DNA of 64,000 nt from the human T2T-CHM13v2.0 reference genome, Homo sapiens. The notes beneath the pieces were generated by a model. It made no database searches and was not told the DNA's origin. It saw only the letters and a list, made by a program, of their open reading frames with translations. The translations under genes and the position numbers were made by a program. The stretch lies in NCBI RefSeq assembly GCF_009914755.1, contig NC_060936.1. One strand, written 5' to 3'. Of the stretch, positions 43,372 to 57,714 are shown piece by piece. The stretch's first letter is position 1; the number at the start of each line of letters is the position of its first letter.

Positions 43372-43482
43372 CTCAGTAGCTGACACTACAGGCATGTGCC
43401 ACCATGCCAGGCTAATTTTTGTATTGCCTGCCTCGGCCTCTAAAAGTGGTGGGATCACAGACATGAGCTACCACTCCCGGCC
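43372..43482 (-). mobile_element. Alu remnant (3' part lost, internal deletion)
   Basis: agtagctg...ctaatttttgtatt joined to gcctgcctcggcct...cccggcc. Confidence 0.85.
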
Positions 43483-46365
43483 TCTCCTCTTCGACTTTTT
43501 GAGAGAGTTTGAGGATTTGTATCTGTTTTCTTTAAATTTTTGATAGAATTCAGCTATTAGGGCATAAGGTCCTGGTCTTTTCTTGCTGGGAGACTTTTTC
43601 TTACTTATTATATTCCCTTGTTAATAGTTTGTTCAGATGTTCTATTTATTAATGATTCAGTCCTGTTAGGTTGTATGTGTTTAGGAATTTATCCATTTCT
43701 TATACAATATCCAATTTTTTGACATACAATTGTCAATAGTATTTTCTTATGATCCTTTTTATTTCTGTGGTATCTGTTGTAATGTCTACTTTTTCATTTC
43801 TGATTTTATTTGAGTTTTCTCTCTTTTTTAGTTATTCTAGCTAAAGTTTGACAATTTTGTTTCTTTTCAAAAAAGAGTTACTTTTTATCTCTTGTGTTGC
43901 TTTTCTAGTCTTTATTTCATTTTCTTTTCTAATTCGATATTTATTATTTTTTCCCATGTGCTAACTTTGGGCCTAGTTTGTTCTTTTTCTATTAATAGTT
44001 CCTTAAGGTGTAATATTATGTGGTTTATTTGAGATCTTTTTCTTCTTTTTTTGTTGTAGGTACCTATTGCAAGAACTTTGCTATTAGAACCGCTTTTTGC
44101 TGTATCACCTAGATTTGATGTGTTGTGTTTCCATTTGTGTTTGTCTCAAGATTTTTAAAACATTTTCATTTTGATTGCTTCAATGACCTTTTGGTTGTTC
44201 AGGATCATGTTGCTTAATTTCCATATATTTGTGAATTTTCTAAAATTGCTACTGTTATGAATTTTGTTTCAAACAATTGTGTTTAGAAAATATACTTGAT
44301 ATAATTTATATTTTTTAAAATTTGCTGAGACTTGCTTTGTACCTTAGCATGTGATCTATTCTGAATAATGTTTGTTTGTGTGCTTGAGAAGAATGTATAC
44401 ACTGTTGCGGTTGGATGAAATATTTTGTTTATCTCTGTTAGGACCATTAAATCTAAAGTGTTGTTCAAGTCCAATGTTTCCTTACTGATTTTCCATCTGG
44501 GTGAATAAGGTTTTTATGGTTGTCACGTTTTTTGTTTTTGTTTTTTTCTTTCAGAACTTTGACTACATCTTTCCACTCTCTCTTGCTTGAAGACTTTCTG
44601 TTGAGAAATACTCTGATAGTAATATTCACCCTCTTTCATATATGGTGTGTTTCTTATCACTTGTCCTCAGAATTTTTTCTTGTCCTTGATTTTTTATTGT
44701 TTTGTTATTATATGACTTGTTGTGCTTCTCTTTGGGTTGAATTTGATTGAAGACCTTCATGCTTTCTGTATCTGGTTATTGGCATCTATCCCAGACAAGA
44801 AAAGTTTTTAACCATTATTTCTTTAAATACGTTTTCTGGCCTTTATTATTATTTGTCTCTTTCTGGAAGTCCTATTATGTGAAAGTTTAATCTCTTGATG
44901 GTGTCCCATAATTACTGTAAGCTTTATTCCTTTATCTTTCTGCTCCACTGACAATAATTTCAAATGTTCTGTCTTTCAACTCAAGTAGCTAGTTTTTTCT
45001 TCTGCTGTTGAAGTTTTCTATGGAATTTTTCATTACAGTCATTGTATTCTTCATCTCTAAGATTTCTGTCTGGTTCTTTCCTATTGTTTCTATATCTTTG
45101 TCTAACTTCTTGCAATTTTGTATATTGTTTTTCAAATTTTACTACATTTTATATTCATATTTTCTGGTACTCCATGCAACATCTTTTTTAGTATTATTTT
45201 GATTTATCTGCTACAGATTTCTAGATCTCCATTTCTTTAGGGTTCATTATTGAAGCTTTATTAGTTTCTTTTGGAGGTGTCATGATTCCTTGATTCTTCA
45301 TAATCCTGTGTCCTTATGTTGTCTGCACATTTGAGGGAATAGTCCCCTCTTGGCCTTTACGGTGTTCTCTGGCAGGGATACACATGCATTATTTAATCTA
45401 GCCTCTGATTTTGGAAAAGCCAGCTGGGGACATCCTTGGGGAGGCAGAGCTTTCTGTGAGATCTCTAGTTAGTGGGCTATTGACTTTGTTTGGGTGAGGT
45501 TGCTCTTTGGGCTCTGATGGCCTGTGGGAACACTGGCTTTGTTTGGCTATAAAGTGGAGTTGCTGGGTGAGTACTGTGATGGATTTTGAGGTCAGTCACA
45601 AGATGTGTACTCTGGTCAGCCAATTATGTTATTGGTGACCTGAAGTTGGGCAGGGCTGGAGGCTGGGCTCCAAGGTTAGGTGGAGTCATTACTCTGGACA
45701 GGTGGATCCAGAGGCTATGGTCCTTAGAAATACACAATTAAGGATTTTCTCCCTGTCAATATGGAGCCATGAAGTGGTTTTTTTGGCTATGTTGAGAGGA
45801 TTTGGGACTCTTTGGGAGGGCTTATGTGTGGAGTGAAGATACTACTTGATTTTCTAGGTTAAGTAGGTTTAGCCCATTTGCTTCTTTAAAATTCACAGAA
45901 GTGGGAAGTTCCTTGCCTGGGCAAAGTCACTGGGAGTGTTTCTTTGCTGAGTAAAGCTGCTGCTTGTTAAGTTGCCAAGTTAAGCTGGTCTAGCCCCTTC
46001 ATTTCTTCAAAAAGGGAGGAGATTGGCATCTCCTTGCCTAGGCAGAATTGTTGGGGTGGGTCCCTGAGGCAGGGTGAGTTAAAAGCATATAGGGACTCAA
46101 ACTAGGTGAAATTTTCACCATGCTTTCAAAGACACCTAGCTCTGTACTGCAGGTTGGCAATGAGGTTGACTGGTATCTGCAATTGGGCACCACAGCTAGC
46201 AGGAACACAGTGGTCCCACCAAGATCCACTCTTGTCACTGTGGTCTCTGCCTCCTTTCTTTGGTTCTATTTGGACCTGGGTGGTTTAGCCATACCATTTT
46301 GCCTAGAGTTCCCTGTGAGGTAAGGCCAGAGTGGGCTTCCTGGAAAGCATCTTAGAATGCTAGGG
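43483..46365 (-). mobile_element. Old L1M, 5' half (ORF2 endonuclease region, ORF1 remnant, 5' UTR)
   Basis: Minus ORF MDLNNTLDLMVLTEINKIFHPTATVYTFFSS is L1 endonuclease; ORF1-like 44520-45350; more GC-rich 5' region. Confidence 0.82.
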
Positions 46366-46462
46366 ACACATCAAAATAAAAACATGGTAAAACCTAATCA
46401 AATATTTTCCAGGAGAGAGGGTGTTTTCATTGCTTGACCCCAAATCTCCCTTGACGAGTATA

Positions 46463-46800
46463 CTGATGGTCCTCCATTTACAACGGTGTTATTTTCCAAT
46501 AAACCCATTATAAGTTAAATATTATGTCAAAAATGCACTTAACATACTGAACCAACTGAACATTATAGCTTAGCCTCACCTACCATAAATGTTCTCAGAA
46601 TGCTTGTGTTAGCTTACAGTTGGGCAAAATTATCTGGCAACACAGTATACTGTAGAGTATCAATTATTTCCCATCATGATTGAGTGACTGACTGGAGCTG
46701 CAGCTTGCTGCTGCTTCCCTGCACCTTAAGAGGGTATCATGCCACTTTCTATTGAATACATAACACCTTCGCACCATTGTACACTCAAAAGTTTCATCTG
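46463..46800 (+). mobile_element. MER47 (B-type; Tigger5-derived MITE)
   Basis: ataaacccattataagtt, tagcttagcct, cagttgggcaaaattatctggcaacacagta; TA-flanked c(t)gatg...catctg ends. Confidence 0.85.
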
Positions 46801-48218
46801 TATCCATATAGAATCAAGGAATGCACCCAACTATTGATACACGCTATAGGGTTGTGCTGTAAGATTGCTGATATTTTAAGTAATTATAGAAATAAAGACT
46901 ATGGAGAGAAGAGGAAAGAGCGAGACAGAGAGAGAGAGAGAGGAAGTATTAGGTCCACTATTGTGTCCTGAGGAACTCTTAAAAGTGTACTCCACTAGAA
47001 GAAAAAGCTACCAAAGAAACAGGAAGAGAAAAGAAACAAAACAAAGTTAGGAGAGTGTTAAGGAGGTAAAGGGAATACTATCTCAAAAAGAATTGAATCA
47101 TTACCTCTTAAATACTGGTGGGAAACCAAGAAAACTGAGTGGACTTAGCAACAAGAAAATAATGTAACTACCTCAGAAAATTTGGAAGAATCACAAGGAT
47201 TGTGCAAATTTAGAGAAAAATGAAGGCAAAGATATGGAAATGGTATCTGGAAAACAAACAAACAAACACAAAAAAACCTTTGAGATGTTTCTGTGAAGTA
47301 GCAGATACATGGATGGTATTTAGAGAGGGATGTGTAGTCCCAGCCAAATATTGGTAGAGATGTGTAGTAAATATAAAGAGGTGTTTAATGGGAACAATTT
47401 CATGGAGAAAATAGAGCTAAATATTAGGAATAAAAATATTTATCAGGCAGAGGCGTATACCTGAGAAGTCACAAGTAGAAGAGATGGAAGGTGGGGTCAT
47501 GCAAGTTGGGATACTTCTTCCCATTGTAAATAAAGGAAAGAAGTGCAGTGTGAGGGCAGATTGGGAGGTAAGCTTTGTAGATTTGTAGGCAAAAGAACAC
47601 AGGGGAACCCATTAAATAATCTGTATCTTCTCAGTGAAATGGGATGCAATTTTATCAGCTATAAGAAAAAGAGAATGAATAAAGCAAAGAAAATTTGAAA
47701 AGTAATAAAAACTTTTCTACAAAATATCTCTCTAAAAAGCAGTTTCCTCAAAATATGTCTAAAGGGAAAGAAAGTGTAACAAAACTGTCTCATTGTATTT
47801 ATAATTAGAAAGCAATGAATTTGCATCCTGTTTGTAAACTTTATAATATTTCCTGTTCAACTTTTTTTTTCATAAAATTGAAGTTATAAGAAAATTCCCA
47901 AATGGAAGAAATCACTTTCCCTGGAGTGGGTATGAGGCTTGATAGGAAGATATCTTCATATAAAGCAGCCTCTAGTCTGAGCCACACAGTTCAGTTAGAA
48001 CCTGGACAAGAGACAGTAGAAAAAAGCAGTGTTCTCAAGATGAACAGCAAAAGCAAAGGCATGAAAGTAGAAAATGGTAGGATATCCTGCTGTGCCAAAC
48101 TCATCAGGGGGGCAGAGATGCTATACTTGCTTCTCTTTCCTATCTTCTAAACTAAAGCATGTGTATGTATGTTAACAATTGTAGCTCCTAAACGTGAAGA
48201 TAACAATGAAAGGAAAAA

Positions 48219-48343
48219 AACACACACACATATATTTATAACTATATATATAAAATGATATACATATATATGTATGTGTGTGCATACATACACACATTCA
48301 CACACACACGTGTATGTGTGTGTGTGCATATATATATATACAC
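48219..48343. repeat. Complex CA/TA/TG tract
   Basis: Read directly. Confidence 0.88.
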
Positions 48344-50128
48344 AGAAGGATTTTCTTTCTGTCTGAGATTCGCTTAAAAGTTGGAAAGATATAAACTGAG
48401 GGAATTGATACTTTTTTGTTGTTGTAGCTTGCTGCATGTGCCTATTGCAACAGTCTTTAAGAGTGCAGAAACCACAGAAATTTAAAGCAAATATATTTTT
48501 TTTTACTACATGGATTCATGGTAACATAGTTAATGACTTTTTTTCCCCTCAGCTCCCCTTTAAACTAGAATCTCTTTCAGAGGCAAGGCTGTCTGTATTT
48601 CTTTCAGTGCAAGGTACACAGGTAAATATTTCAAATGGGTTGAATTGAATGCATGCATAATTTAAATGAGGGCAGAACAAGGGGAAAACGGCATTGCTAA
48701 AGTTTTTTAAGCTCGTGCATTAAAGCATAGAATTATTTTTTACATCTGAAAAATTAAGTCTCATTGTATTCATTGTCATTACTGACTCCTCCTGACTCTG
48801 CTATTTGTCCTTAGCCAGACCTTCACTATGAATTCATTATTTTTAAGCATATATGTTAAATCCTCATTAAATCTATACAGATGTTAGGTTAAATTTATTT
48901 AAGCTACATATTTCCTCTCCTGGAAGCTTTTAGCAATGTACCTAATCAATAAATACCTATTGAAGTTATCAGATAAGCATGAATTTTTATTGGCAACTTA
49001 TTAGACAGACATGGCAAGCTACTTATAACTTTGAAGCCTGGAAGGCTATTCTGGTGTAAACTCCTGAAAATGATTGTATTTAAATCTCATAGATATATAC
49101 ATTAAATCATGGATGTAACTGAGCAACTTAAAAAGAATAAAATCTGAATCATACAAGTTTATTTAAAAAATAATTTATCTTCAGATGTAGCTCTTTGGTT
49201 GTAAAGTCTTTTTGATATTTATGTTATTGTTTTCTGAACTAAAGTTTACCAAGAAAATGAAAAGGAAGGGCCATATAAATGAAAATTAAAAGCTATAAAT
49301 TTCCATAGGGATTACATTGCTTTAATATGTAAATGTGTAATTATCTAAAATTAATTTTGCTCATGTCAAATATTTATATATACTTACACATATGTACTTA
49401 TATACATGTGTATATGTATACACATGTATATGCTCTCAATATTTATTGTCATTTTAGACTGATATGAATTCAGATAGAGTTTATAATAGGTAGAGATTCT
49501 CATACAAATGTTGAAGCACATTACAGGCTGAAGAAATTACATGAAAAACAGAATTTTGTACTTTGTATATATGTGCACAGTTACAGTCTTTAGAGCTAAA
49601 GTGAGAAAACCATATTCAAATAAACTCATCCAGAATAATCCCCAGCTTTTCCAATTTTAAATATAAAAAGAGAATAGAGTGGTCAAAAATATCTGCAAGT
49701 GAATCCAAAGGCCGAATTTGGTGGTGGTGAGCTTCTGGGAATTAATAACACCATTGGTCAGGGGAAAACTTAAACACATAGATTCACTCTCAGCCATGGT
49801 ATCAGAATACCAATCTTTCTTCCCTTTGTCCTGTCCAGAAGATCTACAGTATAAACATAAAATGACTTCACATTTCACTCAACAGAAGAGTAGTTTAAGA
49901 CTTCCCTATGTCCAATACAAATTTAACATGTGCAATATGACTCAGTGTTTCAGTTTTATCTTGCTATAACATAAAGGCACAAAGCATAGTGAAAAAAATA
50001 TTTCAAAGAAAAAACATTTTCTGACTTATAAACATATAACAGAGTCTCCTCTCCCTGACCACATTATGGTTTAAAAGGATTTCTTATCAAACTCTCACCA
50101 TAGCAAAGAAAAAGAAAGCTTCTCTTAC

Positions 50129-50237
50129 CAGAGTGGATAAAGCTTCAACCTTGCTATAGCGTTTTCTGCAGCTCTTGTTTGAAAGACAGATCCACAGCAG
50201 CTTTGTGCATACAAGTGATCTGGCTGATCTCCAGTTC
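50129..50237 (-). other. Candidate 109-nt exon (speculative)
   Basis: Acceptor gtttttttgtgcag|G and donor CTG|GTAAGA; more GC-rich than its flanks; unique DNA. Confidence 0.28.
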
Positions 50238-51200
50238 CTGCACAAAAAAACAGTATAATTGGCTCTCAAAAAAGTGTTGTAAACATTCATCATGATGGCA
50301 CTTGCATGTTGAATCTAGTGACTGTTATTCTGGTAGACTTTCTCCAAACAAGCCCATTACATTTCTACTTTCAATACAAGCTGTTTGGTTTCTCTGTTCA
50401 ATACTGAGATTAATATCTTTAAAGAAAGCATGCATTTGTGAGTGTCAGTTCTATTACCATGTCTGAAAGTGTGGTCTAAGATTAAAAAAAATACACACAA
50501 TTATAAATCAAGATGATACTGTCTGGTACGTAAATTTACTTAGCACCTATATGTCTTTATTTTTAAATTTAACAATAGTCAGGCCAGTATTTATGTACTA
50601 ATGAGATATCAGTATTATTAAGTCTCTTTCATTTACTATTTGATAAAACTCAAATGAACATTCTATATCTCTGCTTTGCAAAAAACCCACATCAATAATG
50701 CTTACAACACACCCCAGAGTCTGAGACCAGCTCTGCTGCATTTCTAAGTTTCATTAAATATTCCACTGTTCCTTTGCCTAAACCTTCAAAGTGGCCCAGA
50801 CACAATCACATCCTTAAATTTTATGGGAGCAATGAAGAGGTCACAAAGCATTGGCTTTTTTGAAATTTTTAAACATTCAATATTTCTGGAAGCATTAACT
50901 CATTATAACTACAAGTGGCATATTCTTGTTATCAAATGAATATGAACACTAGATCAAAAATTAAGTCTCAATAAAAATAGTCTCAATTTGTGTCACTCTT
51001 TATAATGATCTAAGCAATACATTGATCTTACAACTATATGATTATATAATCTTTGCCTTGCTTCCCATGGGTTTAAAGCCTGGTTAAGCGTTACCAGCAG
51101 TACCACTACGAAAAATATGAATTAACTGGATGGAGAGATTTTTTCTTTTTGCATTTTTATATCTGGTATCTTATTTTTCATCTGTATACAGATTAAGCAA

Positions 51201-51263
51201 GTGCAACAAAACAATTTTGTGCAACAAAACAATTTTGTGCAACAAAACAATTTTGTGCAACAA
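51201..51263. repeat. 18-bp perfect tandem repeat (gtgcaacaaaacaatttt) x3.5
   Basis: Copies start at 51201, 51219, 51237 and 51255. Confidence 0.97.
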
Positions 51264-52528
51264 TTTATGATTGTAGAAATCTCAAAAAATGACAACTTAT
51301 GACAATATAATTCAGAGGATTATAGGCTGATATATGCTAGTCTTTTAAGACAACAGATTTCATTAATCTTCTAATTATGTTACTTAGGGAGTCAGAGTGT
51401 GGGGGGAGAAGACCTACATACTGTTTTTTTAATAGTTTGTATCAGTTAACTATTATCCCTTATTATTATGTAACAATTGTCTTTATAAAATTTTCCACTA
51501 ACATTTTCATGTTTAATTATTTTATTAGAACAGTGAAGACAGCATTATTATTCTCCATTATAGTTATATCATGATATAACTAAGACTCAAAGGATAAGGA
51601 CTTGAAATTCTTAACTAGAGGAACTTCTGATGTTCAGCTACATCCAAACAACGTTTTCTTTTAAAACAATGTATCGAATATTTTTCTTTAAAAGAGGTTT
51701 GTGTGATTTAGCTTGGTGATTTCAATTGGAGAATAGGCATTTAGTGAATTATTGTAACATATTCGGAGCTGGGATACATTGAGACCTTTTCCTATGCCTA
51801 ATTATTTTGGAAATTATTTGCAAATACAGTTCAAAAAGACAATTATATATGATGTTATGTTAAAAATGTTTAAAATTTAAGAATTACCTATTGATTATTT
51901 GCTAAGTGACAGGTTTTTTGTTAAGTTCTGAGGTTATGGGAGTGAATAAGCTAAATATCTCCACTTTATGTAATTTTCGATGTAGAAATGAAAATAATTA
52001 GCCCAAGATATAAATTTGTTTGGAAAATTTTAGTGGCAGTGAGTTAATTTATAAATTCAGTAATAGACAAAAAAATCCCTAAGATATCAGAATTTTTATG
52101 TCTTTATTACAAAAAATTCTAATCATTATTAAAAACAGTATTGCTGAAAATATTGAGCTAATCATTTTAGAATGATTCTGAAATTCTTAATGCTTATATT
52201 TTAGAAGAAGATTGTAGACATTTTTACTAGTTATTTTCCAATGTACACAATTTGTATTTATATATACCTATGTATATCTACATATACAAATAGTCATATT
52301 AAGGTCTTGATTAGATAATGAGGTTTGGAACAGTTCAAGTATTACATAATATGGTTGTAGGAGTAAATCAATTTTTCCACTAAAAGTTATTGTTGACGTC
52401 CCCCTCTCTAAATGAATATATTAAAAAGAAAATGAGGAAGGCAAAATAAAATTATCATAACATATCATATTAGTTAAATGACTTATAGTATTTATTTGTT
52501 CTAGTTATTCTCAGTCTCTTTACAAATA

Positions 52529-53512
52529 CAAGAACACATTGTTTTATTGCAATTTGCTTTATTGTACTTTGTAGATATTGCAGTTTTACAAATTGAACAT
52601 TTGTGGTAACCCTGCATTGAATAAATTATCAGCACCATTTTTCTAATACAAAGTGCTCACTTTGTGTCTCTTTGTCACACTTTGGTCATTCACACAATAT
52701 ATCAAGCTTTTCCATTATTATTGTATATTTTATCTGTTTCATTATATCTACGATCATTGATATTACTCTTGTAATTGTTATGGGGCACCACACACCACAA
52801 CCATGTAAGACAGTGAAATGTTGTGCATGTTCAGACTACCGCACTGACCAGCTGTTACTCATCTTTCTTCTTCTACTAGAGACTCCCTGTTCCCTGAGAC
52901 ACAAAAATATTGAAATTTAGCTGATCGATAGCCCTACAATGGCTTCTAAGTGTTCAAGTGAAAGGAAGAGTCATGGTCTTTCACTTGAAGTCAAATGGTA
53001 GAAATGATTAACTTTAGTGAGGAAGGCATGTCAAAAGCCAAGATAGGCTAAAAGCTAGGCTTCTTATGCTAAACAGTTAGGCAAGTTGTGAATGCACAGG
53101 AAAAGTTCTTAAAAGTGCTAGTCCAGTGAAAACATGAATGATAAGAAATCAAAACAACTGTATTACAGATATGGAGACAGGTTTAGTGGTCAGGATAAAA
53201 TATCAAACCAGCCACAATATCCACTTAAGATAAAGCCTAATCCAGAGCAAGGCCCTAATTATCTTTAATTCTATGAAAGCTGAGAGAGTTGAGGAAGCTG
53301 AAGAAGAAAAGTTTGAAGCCAGCAGAGGTTCGTTTATGATATTTAAGGAATGATGCCCTCTGTATGACTTAAAAGTGCAAGGTGAAACAGCAAGGGTTGA
53401 TGCAGAAGCTGAAGCAAGTTATCCAGAAGATCAGCCTAAGACAACTGATGAAAGTGGCTAGAGTAAACAACAAATTTTCGATAATGAAACAGCCTTCTAA
53501 TAGAAGATGGCA
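52529..53512 (+). mobile_element. Tigger1 DNA transposon, 5' part
   Basis: gttttattgc...ttttacaaattgaa...tgtggtaaccctgc; ttagtgaggaaggcatgtcaaaagcc; gcaagttatccagaagatc. Confidence 0.93.
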
Positions 53513-56296
53513 TCCCTATAAAACAATAAAACATGAAGAAAACAAAGTAACTATGTAACAATCAATATGATGACTGGAACAATATGTCACATCTCAATAG
53601 TAACTTTTAATGTCAATTATATAAATGCTCCACTTAAATGATACAGACTGTCAGAATTGATACAGTAATCACAAACCAAATAATGCTGTCTTCAAGAGAC
53701 ACACCTAACCATGTAAGGATTCCTATAGACTCAAGCTAAAGGGATAGAAAAATATATTCCACACAAATGGAAACTGAGGGCAAGCAGGAGTAGCTATTCT
53801 CATATCAGATGAAACAGAACTTAAAGCAACAAAAGTAAAAAAAATAAAAAGACAAAGAAGGTCATTATATAATGATAAAAGGATAATCCAACAAAAAGAT
53901 GTTATAAGCTTAAATATATATATGCACTGTAGCTCCCAGATTCACAAAATTATTCCTACTAAACCTATGAAAAGAGGCAAACACCAACACAATGATAGAA
54001 GCGATTTCAACACTCCACTGACAGCATTAGACAGATCGTTGAGGCAGAAAGTCAACAAAGAAACACTGGACTTAAACTACACTCTACAGCAAATGAACCT
54101 AACAGATATTTATAGCACATTCTACCCAATAACTGCAAAATATACATTATTCTCATCAGCCTACAAATCATTCTCCAAGATAGAACACATAACAAACCAC
54201 AAAGCAATTCTCAATAAATTTTAAAAACTTGAAACAATATCAAGTATCTTCTCAAACCATAGCAGAATGAAATTAGAAATTAATTCCCAAAGGAATCCTC
54301 AAAACTATACAAATACATGGAAATTAAACAACCTACTTCTGAACTATGCTTAGGTTAACAATAAAATCAAGATGAAAATCTAAAAACTATTCAAAATGAA
54401 TGATAACAGTGACACAAGTTATCAAAACCTCTGTGATACTGCAAACGCAATGCTAAGAGGAAAGTCTATAGCACTAAATACCTACATCAAAAAGTCTGAA
54501 AGATCACAAATAGACAACCTAACATCACACCACAAGAAACTACATAAACAAGAAAAAAACAAATCCAAAGCTAGCAGAAGATAAACAACAACAACAAAGA
54601 TCAGAGCAGAACTAAGTGAATTTGAAATCAAAAATCAATACAAAAGGTAAATGAAGCAAAAAGTTTTTTCTTTGAAAAGATGAACAAAATTGATAGACCA
54701 CTAGCCAGATTAGCCAAGAAGAGAGAAGGTTCAAATAAACTCAATTAGAAATTAAAATAGAGACATTACAACTGACACCACAGAAATAGAAAAGATCCTT
54801 CAAGACCATTATAAACACCTCTATACATACAAACTAGAAAGTCCAGAGGAAGTGGATAAATTCCTGAAAACATACAACCCTCTTAGCTTGAATCAGGAAG
54901 AAACAGAAATCCTGAACAGACCAATAACAAGCAGTGTGATTGAATCAGTGACAAAAAATTTGTCAGCAAACAAAAGTTCAGGGTCAGATGGCTTCACAGC
55001 CAATTTCCACCAAACATTTAAAGAGGAATTGATGCCTATCCTACAGAAACGATTTCAAATGATTGAGAAAGAGGGAATATTCCTAACTCATTCTATGAAG
55101 CCAGTATCATTCTAATAACAAAGACAGGGAATAACATAAAAACAACAACAAAAATACTACAGACCAACATTCCTGATGAACATAGATGCAAAAATCCTCA
55201 ACAAAATATTAGCAAACCAAATTCGACAGCACATCAAAATGATAATTCACTATGATTATGTGGGTTTCATTCCAGGGATACAGGGATGATTCAACACACA
55301 CAAACTGACAAATGTGATTCACCACAAAAACAGAATTAAAAACAAAAACCATATGATAATCTCAATAGACATAGAAAAGCCATTCAATAAAACCCAGCAT
55401 CCCTTTATGATAAAAACTCTCAGTAACCTAGGCATAGAAGGAACATACCTCAAAATAATAAAAAACATGTATGACAAACCCACAGCCAACTCATACTGAA
55501 TGGGGAAAAGAAGAAAACATTCCCTATAAGAACTGGAAGAATACAGGGATGCCCATTTTCATCACTTCTATTCAACATAGCACTGAAAGTCCTAGCCAGA
55601 GCAATCAGGGAAAAGAAATAAATAAATACATCCAAATCAGAAAATAGGAAGTCAACTTATCTGTTTGCAGATGATTTGATCATATACCTAGGAAACCCTA
55701 AAGAGTCCTTCAGAAGACTCCTAGAGTTGATAAATAAATTTAGTAAAGTCTTGGGTTACAATATCAATATACACAAATCAGCTGCACTTCTATATGCCAA
55801 TAACAACCAAGCTGAAAACAAATCAACAACTCAATCCCTTTTACAATAACTAAAAAAAATCTAGGAATATGCTTAAACAAGGAGGTAAAAGAACTCTACA
55901 CCTAGAACTGCAAAACACTGCTGGAATAAATCATAGGCAACACAAACACATGGAAATACATCCGATGCTCATGGACTGGAATAATTAATATCATGAAAAT
56001 GACCATACTGCCCAAAGCAATCTACAGATTCAATACAATTTATACCAAAATACCAGCATCATTTTTCACATAAATAGAAAAAATAATTATAAAATTTCTT
56101 TGGAACCAAGAAAGAGCCTAAATAGCAAAAACAATTCTAAGCAAAAAGAACAAATCTGGAGGCATGGCATTACCTGACTTCAAATTATACTACAAGGATA
56201 TAGTAACCAAAATAGTATGGTACTAATATAAAAGCAGATGCATAGACCAATGCAACAAAATAGAGAATTCAGAGATAAAGCCAAATCAACCAACTG
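53513..56296 (+). mobile_element. L1PB-type ORF2 (endonuclease plus RT), decayed, 3' end missing
   Basis: ORF fragments [28 protein letters not shown]; FADD codons at 55664-55675; many stops and frameshifts. Confidence 0.93.
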
Positions 56297-57699
56297 ATTT
56301 TTATTATTATTATTTTTATTATTATTATTATTATTATACTTTAAGTTCTAGGGTACATGTGCACAACGTGCAGGTTTGTTACATATGTATACATGTGCCA
56401 TGTTGGTGTGCTGCACCCATTAACTCATCATTAACATTGAGTACACCTCCTAATGCTTTCCCTCCCCCCTCCCCCCACCCCACAACAGGCCTCGGTGTGT
56501 GATATTCCCCTTCCTGTGTCCAAGTGTTCTCATTGTTCAATTCACACCTATGAGTGAGAACATGCAGTGTTTGGTTTTTTGTTCTTGCAACAGTTTGCTG
56601 AGAATGATGGTTTCCAGTTTCATCCATGTCCCTACAAAGGACATGAACTCATCTTTTTTATGGCTGCATAGTATTCCATGGTGTATATGTGCCACATTTT
56701 CTTAATCTAGGCAATCATTAATGGACATTTGGGTTGGTTCCAAGTCTTCGCTATTGTGAATAGTGCTGCAATAAACATACATGTGCATGTGCTTTTATAG
56801 AAGCATGATTTATAATCCTTTGGGTATATACCCAGGAATGGGATGGCTGGGTCAAGGATCCTCAAGTTCTAGATCCTTGAGGAATTGCCACACTGTCTTC
56901 CACAATGGTTGAACTACTTCACGTCCCACTGACAGTGTAAAAGTGTTCCTATTTCTCCACATCCTCTCCAGCACCTGTTGTTTCCTGACTTTTTAATGAT
57001 TGCCATTCTAACTGGTGTAAGATGGTATCTCATTGTGGTTTTGATTTGCATTTCTCTGATGGCCAGTGATGATGAGCATTTTTTCATGTGTCTGTTGGCT
57101 GCATAAATGTCTTCTTTTGAGAAGTGTCTGTTCATATCCTTTGCCCACTTTTTGATGGGATTGTTTGATTTTTTCTTGTAAATTTCTGTGAGTTCTTTGT
57201 AGATTCTGGATATTAGCCCTTTGTCAGATGGGTAGATTGCAACATTTTCCTCCCATTCTGTAGGTTGCCTGTTCACTCTGATGCTAGTTTCTTTTGCTGT
57301 ACAGAAGCTCTTTAGTTGAATTAGATCCCATTTGTCAATTTTGGCTTGTGTTGCCATCGCTTTTGGTGTTTTAGACATGAAGTCCTTGCTCATGCCTATG
57401 TCCTGAATGGTATTGACTAAGTTTTTTTCTAGGGTTTTTATGGTTTTAGGTCTAACATTTAAGTGTTTAATCCATCTTGAATTAATTTTTGTATAAGGTG
57501 TAAGGAAGGGATCCAGTTTCAGCTTTCTACATATGGCTAGCCAGTTTTCCCAGCACCATTTATTAAATAGGGAATCCTTTCCCCATTTCTTGTTTTTCTC
57601 AGGTTTGTCAAAGATCAGATAGTTGTAGGTATGCAGCGTTATTTCTGAGGGCTCTGTTCTGTTCCATTGATCTATATCTCTGTTTTGGTACCAGTACCA
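56297..57699 (-). mobile_element. 5'-truncated younger L1PA (about PA4-PA6), 1.4 kb
   Basis: (TTA)n tail; 3' UTR ...gtaccctagaacttaaagtataa; near-consensus ORF2 C-terminus; accaactg on both flanks. Confidence 0.95.
56914..57699 (-). pseudogene. L1 ORF2p C-terminal fragment (includes the Cys-rich [14 protein letters not shown] motif); no endonuclease or RT
   Basis: ORF track 272 aa: [14 protein letters not shown]...[13 protein letters not shown]... Confidence 0.9.
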
Positions 57700-57714
57700 A
57701 CTGGTCAGTGTTGA

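Noticed and set aside
56460-56481. G4 motif on the minus strand
   Set aside because: Real, but it is the standard G-rich tract of the L1PA 3' UTR and so not unusual
53513-57699. Single L1 with a twin-priming inversion
   Set aside because: The poly-A end lies at the internal junction, which is the wrong geometry, and the two parts differ clearly in age and subfamily
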